Source: Lepidodermella squamata (Eukaryota > Animalia > Gastrotricha). From it: a stretch of DNA of 64,000 nt. The position numbers were made by a program, and so were the translations under genes. A model generated the notes under the pieces. The model was not told where the DNA came from, searched no databases, and saw nothing but the letters and a program-made list of their open reading frames with translations. Below are positions 57,516 through 64,000 of the stretch, piece by piece (within the stretch, counting starts at the first letter, position 1; each line of letters opens with the position of its first letter). The stretch covers positions 4,588,001 to 4,652,000 of the forward strand of contig JBLDXI010000009.1 of the NCBI GenBank assembly GCA_047495785.1. The letters run 5' to 3'.

Positions 57516-60500
57516 ATTGCGTTATCTCGCAGAAATCGAGCGATTTCCTTGTGACCTAAAGATTCAGCAAGCGAATCTATCGTTCGACCATCGTTCGCCT
57601 TGGCCCTAGCACAAGTTGGATCTTTGAAGAAAATAAATTGAGTAAGTTCGGTGTGTCCACCTAATGCTGCCGTCATTAATGCGTTGCTTTCTTTGCCAGT
57701 GCTGGCGATTTCGACCTTATGGTCACACTTGCCCCACAGCAGGTCAACAACCTCCATTTGGCCGTTACCAGCTGCCTGAATTATCGCCGTAACTTCTAGT
57801 TCCTCATCCTTGACATTGACAATATCAGGCTGATGTTTTAGCCACCACTTCACCATTTCAACTTGGCCATTAGTCGCAGCCATTATGAATGCCCTAGCGC
57901 GTATCTCCCTGCTGAATTTGTAATTATCCAACATGAATTCGACAACATCGATATGGCCTGAAAATGCAGCGAAGCACATCGGATTTGCACCCGTTTGCAT
58001 CTCACGCTCATCTATCATTTCAGGGCAATTTCTGAACAGAAATTTACATATTTCAAGGCGGCCATCAAGGGCTGCTATCATTAAGGGCGATTCACCGTTC
58101 AAGTTGGCTTGTTTAACGAGATCGGGGGCAACTTGAAATATGAACTCGCAAACAGCTAGTTCGCCATGCTTAGCGGCGTAGAAAAGTGCGCTCGACCCAC
58201 GATAGTCCTTAGTTAGAATTATTCCCGGATCAATGATGTGCAAGTACTTTACGACTTCGATGTGGCCATTTTTCGCAGCGCAGATAATAGCGATTCTTCC
58301 TTCATCGTCCTTTTTCTTAATTCTTTCGGAGAATTTTTCGGCAATCATCTTCACGATTTCGAGATATCCTTTCCTAGCAGCGTAGCAAATTGCTGCGTCG
58401 TATTTGTAATTAGGATTACCATCGGCCAGTAATTTCTCAACTTCAGCCTCATTGCCATGGAAGGCCGATAAGGCGAGTTGGCAGGTGTTAGACTGCGCCA
58501 ATATTCCTTGCTCCCATTCCAATTCTATAGATAAATTTTGCCATTCTAGCAGCACATTGCCAAGTCTAAGCTCGTCTAAGGGTTGCACGATGTTACCAAA
58601 ATTAGCGAAGGCATCGACCAGAAAACAGGATTGAACTTTCCCTGGTACAGCGATTTGCTTATCACAGATAACCTTCTCAACAATTTCAGGACCTAACGCC
58701 TTGATTTTCTGAATAATTCTTTGAACAAGCCGCTGGGAATGATTTGCTTGGTTCACGACTTGCTGATAGTTCGACATCAATAAGGCAATTGGCTTGTCCC
58801 AAATAAAGTGGTACAAGTATTGTAGAAACGGCATCCCGTCAGTTTCAGCTAATGATTTCTTCGTGCAGATCTCTGCCAAGGTCGATGCGTCCAATTTATC
58901 TACAATGCGCCGCGAAAGCTGACGTCGCCTGTATTTGAGAGCGTTCAGCAAGACAGAGAGGCCTGAATTTGAGTTCTGATGCCCACCTTCGATTTCAGCA
59001 GACCCCATTTCACCGGCGACTATTTTAATGCGGACCTGAAGTAAGGCTTCATCGTCTGAAAGATTCGCGCTCAGTCTCAAGTCTTTTCTAGCCTTAGCCA
59101 GGGCGGATTCATAGAGCATTTGGTGGACTAAAAACCGATCTTCCAAATCATCTTTGTACTTCTCAGCTATTTCTTTCTCAACCTGGCTGGTTTCTTCGTC
59201 ATCGGCAGCTTCGTTGATGAGTTTCTCGCTCAAAACGCGCTTAACACGTCGAACTAAAGACCGCTTTTCAAAGGCACGGCAAACGCCTCGAAGACCACAC
59301 CGAAAACCTTCATCAAGATCAAAGCCCCACAAAACGCCGAGATCGAATATAGATACAGGCTCAGCCGGGTTGTAGAGCAAAAATGCGTAGAAAAGCATTC
59401 TCATACTTGCATCCATTTGGTCGAGGCTGAATGAGAATAGGTTAGAAACCGTTTTGAATGACCTATTTTGTGGCCTCAGATCGCTGATTCTGTACTGAGG
59501 TGACGTTAGGGTTTTATACTCGGCTTTTGCCTCGAATTTATCTTCGCAGTTGTTGATTCTAGCCGCGATCAGACTAGCGATCAACGGCAAGCCACAGCAG
59601 AGAGACGCGAGTTTCATTAGCTGATCTTCAGCTAGAAATTTGTTGAGCTTATACGTTGATTTCAGCATATCTTTGATGCCTTCATCAGTCATTTCCTCAA
59701 CTCGCTCTGTTTTCTGGACGATACTAAAATTGTTTTCGAGGATGGTCTGGGCGTCCCGAGTGACCACGAAGCAACTAACGCTGTCGTTCAGCTTCTCGAG
59801 AAAGGCCTGCAGAACTCGATAGTTGAACATATCATCGAGTACAAAGGCAACTCGCATATTTTTCCGCTTGTAATACGTCGCGATACTCTGAACACTGCCG
59901 AATGATGCAGATTTATCACTGTCTGCCTCCATTTCTGAGGCAAGAGAAAGAATTTTGTCAACAAAGGCCTTTTCATCGAAAGCCTCTCTCCAATCGAAAC
60001 AGTTGATCCAGATGGCTCGTTGGAAGTCGCAATCCCGAGCGAAGAATGGGTGGTTCTTTTCATCCGATAAAAGACGTGCGACTAAAGTTGTCTTCCCGAC
60101 CCCGCCGTCACCTTGAATGACCAAGCAGCCGTCATCTGGTGATTCGGAAATAAGTTGCATTTGACTCAAAATTCGCTGCTCGTCTTCCAATCGCGCGAAA
60201 TACTTAGATTTCGAGAAGAATGGTACTCCAGCTGTTTTAAAACTGAACACAAACTAATTCACGGCATTTAATGCATAGTCTTTGAACTTGCTTCACTACT
60301 GTGGGCTCAGGCGGGGGATTTTCACGTTGGCTGCCTGACCAGGAGCTCGTGCCGGAATCTTTTGTATTTCTAGGAGCCGGTGGATTCACTGTGATATGGA
60401 TTTGCTCGTATATCTTCTTCGACATATCTCCAAAATCATCTTTCTCGCAATAATCGAATCTTAGTTGAGATTTGAAAATGAAAAGAAGCCATCCATCTGG

Positions 60501-61103
60501 TCTGTATGACTTTTCAACTCTGATAGGGATGATTTCCTTATTTTTATTGGCGGCGTATTCGATTTCTCGCCTGCAGTTCGCGCTTTCAGCATAGGCTTTG
60601 CTGAAAAATACCAGCACAACATCGGCATCATCGATTCCCTGTAAGAGAAACGTTAAAATTGAGAAGTACCTATATAGAAATCCTACATTTGCCATGGACT
60701 CAAAAGCACAGGATGTGTTACCGATTGAGTCGAAATCTACCCAAACGTTGAGATCAGGCTGCTGCATTAAATAACGAGCCATTTCATGCACTTCCTCCTT
60801 TCGAGTCTTCCAGCAATAGCTGATGAACAGATTAATCTTCTTCGAAGAATTATCCACTGTTGAAGTTTTAGTATGAGCTGGTGTTTGCTGAATGTTCTCA
60901 ACTTTGCTAGCGAACCGTTTCATGATGCCATCTGTTCGAGGGGTGGAGCCATTGCCGCCGCCAGTGCTTCTTGTGCCTTTCGCGGATTCCTGGCGCCTTT
61001 GAGCTATTCGAGCTGAGAATTTACGGTAGTTACTGGTCAGACCAGCGTCAAGCTCTTCCTCGTCTGTAACATCGTTTTCTCGGAAATCATTACTCGGAGG
61101 CAT
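57512..61103 (-). CDS. TIR - NB-ARC - ankyrin-repeat receptor, copy B
   Basis: Exons 61103-60687, 60638-60292 and 60242-57512; the second intron is GC-AG. Same motifs as copy A. Confidence 0.9.
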
Positions 61104-61444
61104 AACTTTTACGAGCAGTATTAAATAGCTGCTCATGCAAGCGGAGCAAACCGTAATATTTTGCCTCTAAATCGATAGCTCACGGCTAGTTAATAATTCA
61201 TTAGTAGCATCAATAAAATATTCAATAAATCGATTCATGCACTATAATAATAATAATAATAATTTCTTTTTCAAAGCGAATTTTGAGGACTAGAAGGGCT
61301 TGTCACTTACTTTAACCCTAGGTATTAGCGTACGTGAGTGAGATGAACATTTCCGCTAGACTGGTTTCGTCTGGTTCAGTCTAGCTGGCATACTCCCAAC
61401 CTCCTAATTTTCAATTTTTAACGCTATGGAATAATAGTAAAACC

Positions 61445-61560
61445 ATCTCGGGGCCGAGTGGGGACTCGATCCTGGTTCCGTCAAAAGGGCTAGTACCCAG
61501 TCCTGAGCGATATCCCCTCAGAAACAAATCAGTAGTTCAACGACCCAACTGAGCCACTGT
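61445..61560 (-). mobile_element. tRNA-derived SINE-like element
   Basis: Minus strand has A-box tggctcagttgg and B-box-like ggatcgagtccc. Confidence 0.5.
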
Positions 61561-61961
61561 GTCTCTCTATACATTTGCTGATTTGCTAAATTTTCTAGTC
61601 TGTTGGAACTTCTGCATCTTTCTTCATGGATTAAATCAGAATTTCAATGAGAGTACTTTCAAAACCGTCCTCATCGATAAATGCAACCCATAATGTCAAA
61701 TGTCAAATTATTCGCATGGAAATAATTAAATGAGTGTGCTGATTTCACTGAGGTCAAAGCCATATGAAACTCACTTATTATCTCATAACTTTTCAATCTA
61801 CTCCAAAGCTGTTGACATGTGCAGTTTCCTGCACGTGCCTTTCTTATTTCATCGAAAATTCGACTAGAAATCACGTTTTGCGAACTGCTGGGTCATCCGT
61901 GATGTGTATACTTTACGATCAGCTGGCGAGTTCTTTCACCATTTCACAGCGCCTCCGAAAC

Positions 61962-64000
61962 ATGATAGCTTATATGTTTTTAGCGATAATATCTGTCAGC
62001 TATGCCGTAAAGCCAAAATTGCTGTGGCCGGTCCAGATTGCTGAACGTGACAGGGCAAACGCCAGCGCATATGCTCTAACTGAGTTTTTAAACAATGCAT
62101 CACGAGTTTTGGCCGACTTTGAAATCGTTCCATATCCGATGCTCGCGGAATTCGAAAATTCTAGTAACGTTCATGCACGGGAACTATCTGAGATCGAACT
62201 GCCGAAGGGAACCTACTTGGCGCCCATTATAGTGGGACCTGATGGAGAATGTGACACATCTGCAGGCACATATCGTGGTATCCATATGGTTATGGTAATA
62301 ATACTTACACTTACCGTCTTACTATTGGCGAGCCCACAAGTCATTAGACCTATCAAGATCTTATCAAAATTTTGAATCGTCTGTAGAGTCAATAACAGAA
62401 TAAGTTCATTGAAAACTAATTATCGAATCCTTCACTCCAAAATTGAAATTGTACAATCTTTTAAATTACTGATGAAGTATGAGAACTTCTGTTCAAACTT
62501 CAACTTTTGAAAAATGCCCACATTATTTATGTATAAAAAATTGTAAATGTATGCAGATCTGTCATTTCATTCGCCGCCATTTTGATTCTCTAGCAGAAAA
62601 AAGAAGCAAATTCGAATCAAAAGAAAAAGTTACCAAATTGGACCTCAAAATTTATTATGCTTGAAATACACTGCTACAACCTGCTGTGAAAAATAAAATG
62701 ATATCTAACAACGCATTCCTATGATTATTTTATCTCTTTCGGAATTCGCAATTAGACCACGTCAAGCTGCGCTGGACCTTACATCGAATCGAGGCGAAGT
62801 GTATTCTTCAACAATCTTTACACTACTCTGGGATCCGTAAGCACCTACAAATACGCGTTCTTGGAGGCTATCAGAAGTCTGGGTGGCTGGAAGCGGGTTG
62901 GCATGATCTACTCTTGGTGGCTTCGAGACGTTCCCATGTTAGCCACTGAGACTTTTAAACTTTTGACGGCGAACAAGATCGAAGTCAGCGAATCTGTCGG
63001 GTCTTACTGGTTCGGTGAAATGGAGGACGCTGAACTAAAACCCCTGCAAAATGTCAGAGTCGTTCTAATTTTCCCATATGGCGCCTACGAATGTCAGATC
63101 TTCCTATGCAAGGCATTTCAAAATGGCATGCGCCCACCTTTGTACCATTTTATCGCCTCAATTCCGGCATGCTTGACTTGGAACCTGGATCGAGAAGTGT
63201 ACATATCTGATGGTTGTACGCGTGAAATTATCGACATTCAACTGTCAGCGTTGTTTGCCATCGGTATTCCGACCAGACCTTTCGAAACTCCTGGAATTTC
63301 AAGTCTAGGAATAAGCGCCACCGACTATGACGAAATGATCGTCGTGAAGATGCTAGAAGTAGGGAAGATAATTAGTATCGATAGCATTCGCCAGGCTGAA
63401 TTTGACGTTCAGATGTTGGCGTTACTGGCTTTAAACCAAACTGAAGCTATTCTTAGACAAAACTACAATCTCTCCTTAACTGATTTCAAGAATCCAGAAT
63501 ACCAGGCTCTGATATACAGTGTTGCGAATCGAACCACGGCAGAAATTGATGCAGTTGGATTTCGAAATTCTAGGATCAAACGAGACGTGAATGGTGAAAT
63601 GTATCAAGACCTAGCGATAATGCAAGCTTACAAGTTGCAACCTCGCCGAGTGGCTCATCTAGCGTACAACCATGAGAAACGATCATTTTCATACAAGCTA
63701 GATGTTGAACCAATCTGGGCTACTGCAACAGGACATTCTCCAAAAGATCTTTCCAACGTTGAACTGAGGATTGGCTACAGCGGCAGAATAATGAGTGGTA
63801 TTGTCGCTTCCTTGGCGGTATCTCTGACTATGATGCAAGTCCTTCTACTCACAACAACAGCCCGAACAAAACCGGAGATGTTTTACAGAAACTGGAACAA
63901 GTACTTCGTTTTCATTGCCTGCATAGGCCTGAACGCATCAGCTATCTTTCTTATCATTGGCCATGATTACGCTCCTGCTACGGAATGCAGATGGAGAATA
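61962..64000 (+). CDS. GABA-B-like class C GPCR, copy B (partial, runs off the window)
   Basis: Exon 1 is 61962-62294 and exon 2 starts at 62756. Close paralogue of 44828-49610. Confidence 0.87.

Overview
Eukaryotic (invertebrate animal-like) genomic DNA with many very short (about 50-65 nt) spliceosomal introns, TTAGGG-type repeats and dense transposon debris. The species cannot be determined from the sequence. Genes in order: (1) a RING-HC/AT-hook gene disrupted by a 29-bp hairpin mini-transposon; (2) a two-pore (K2P) potassium channel; (3) two paralogous secreted multi-copy peptide precursors sharing a promoter, an 11-codon signal exon and acidic R-EEEAEE-x-AR linkers, but carrying unrelated cationic mature peptides; (4) a non-alpha Cys-loop channel; (5) four divergent GABA-B-like class C GPCRs; (6) an intronless IDO-like heme dioxygenase that looks microbial; (7) a decayed Ty3/Gypsy element with an env-like ORF, interrupted by a MULE transposon; (8) an atypical P5 ATPase; (9) a duplicated head-to-head cassette of a TIR-NB-ARC-ankyrin STAND receptor and a class C GPCR, the two copies separated by a CR1/L2-type LINE carrying nested DNA transposons. 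The strongest candidates for undescribed biology are the peptide-precursor family and the duplicated TIR-NB-ARC-ANK/GPCR cassette with a diversifying ankyrin sensor. All exon boundaries were inferred by eye.
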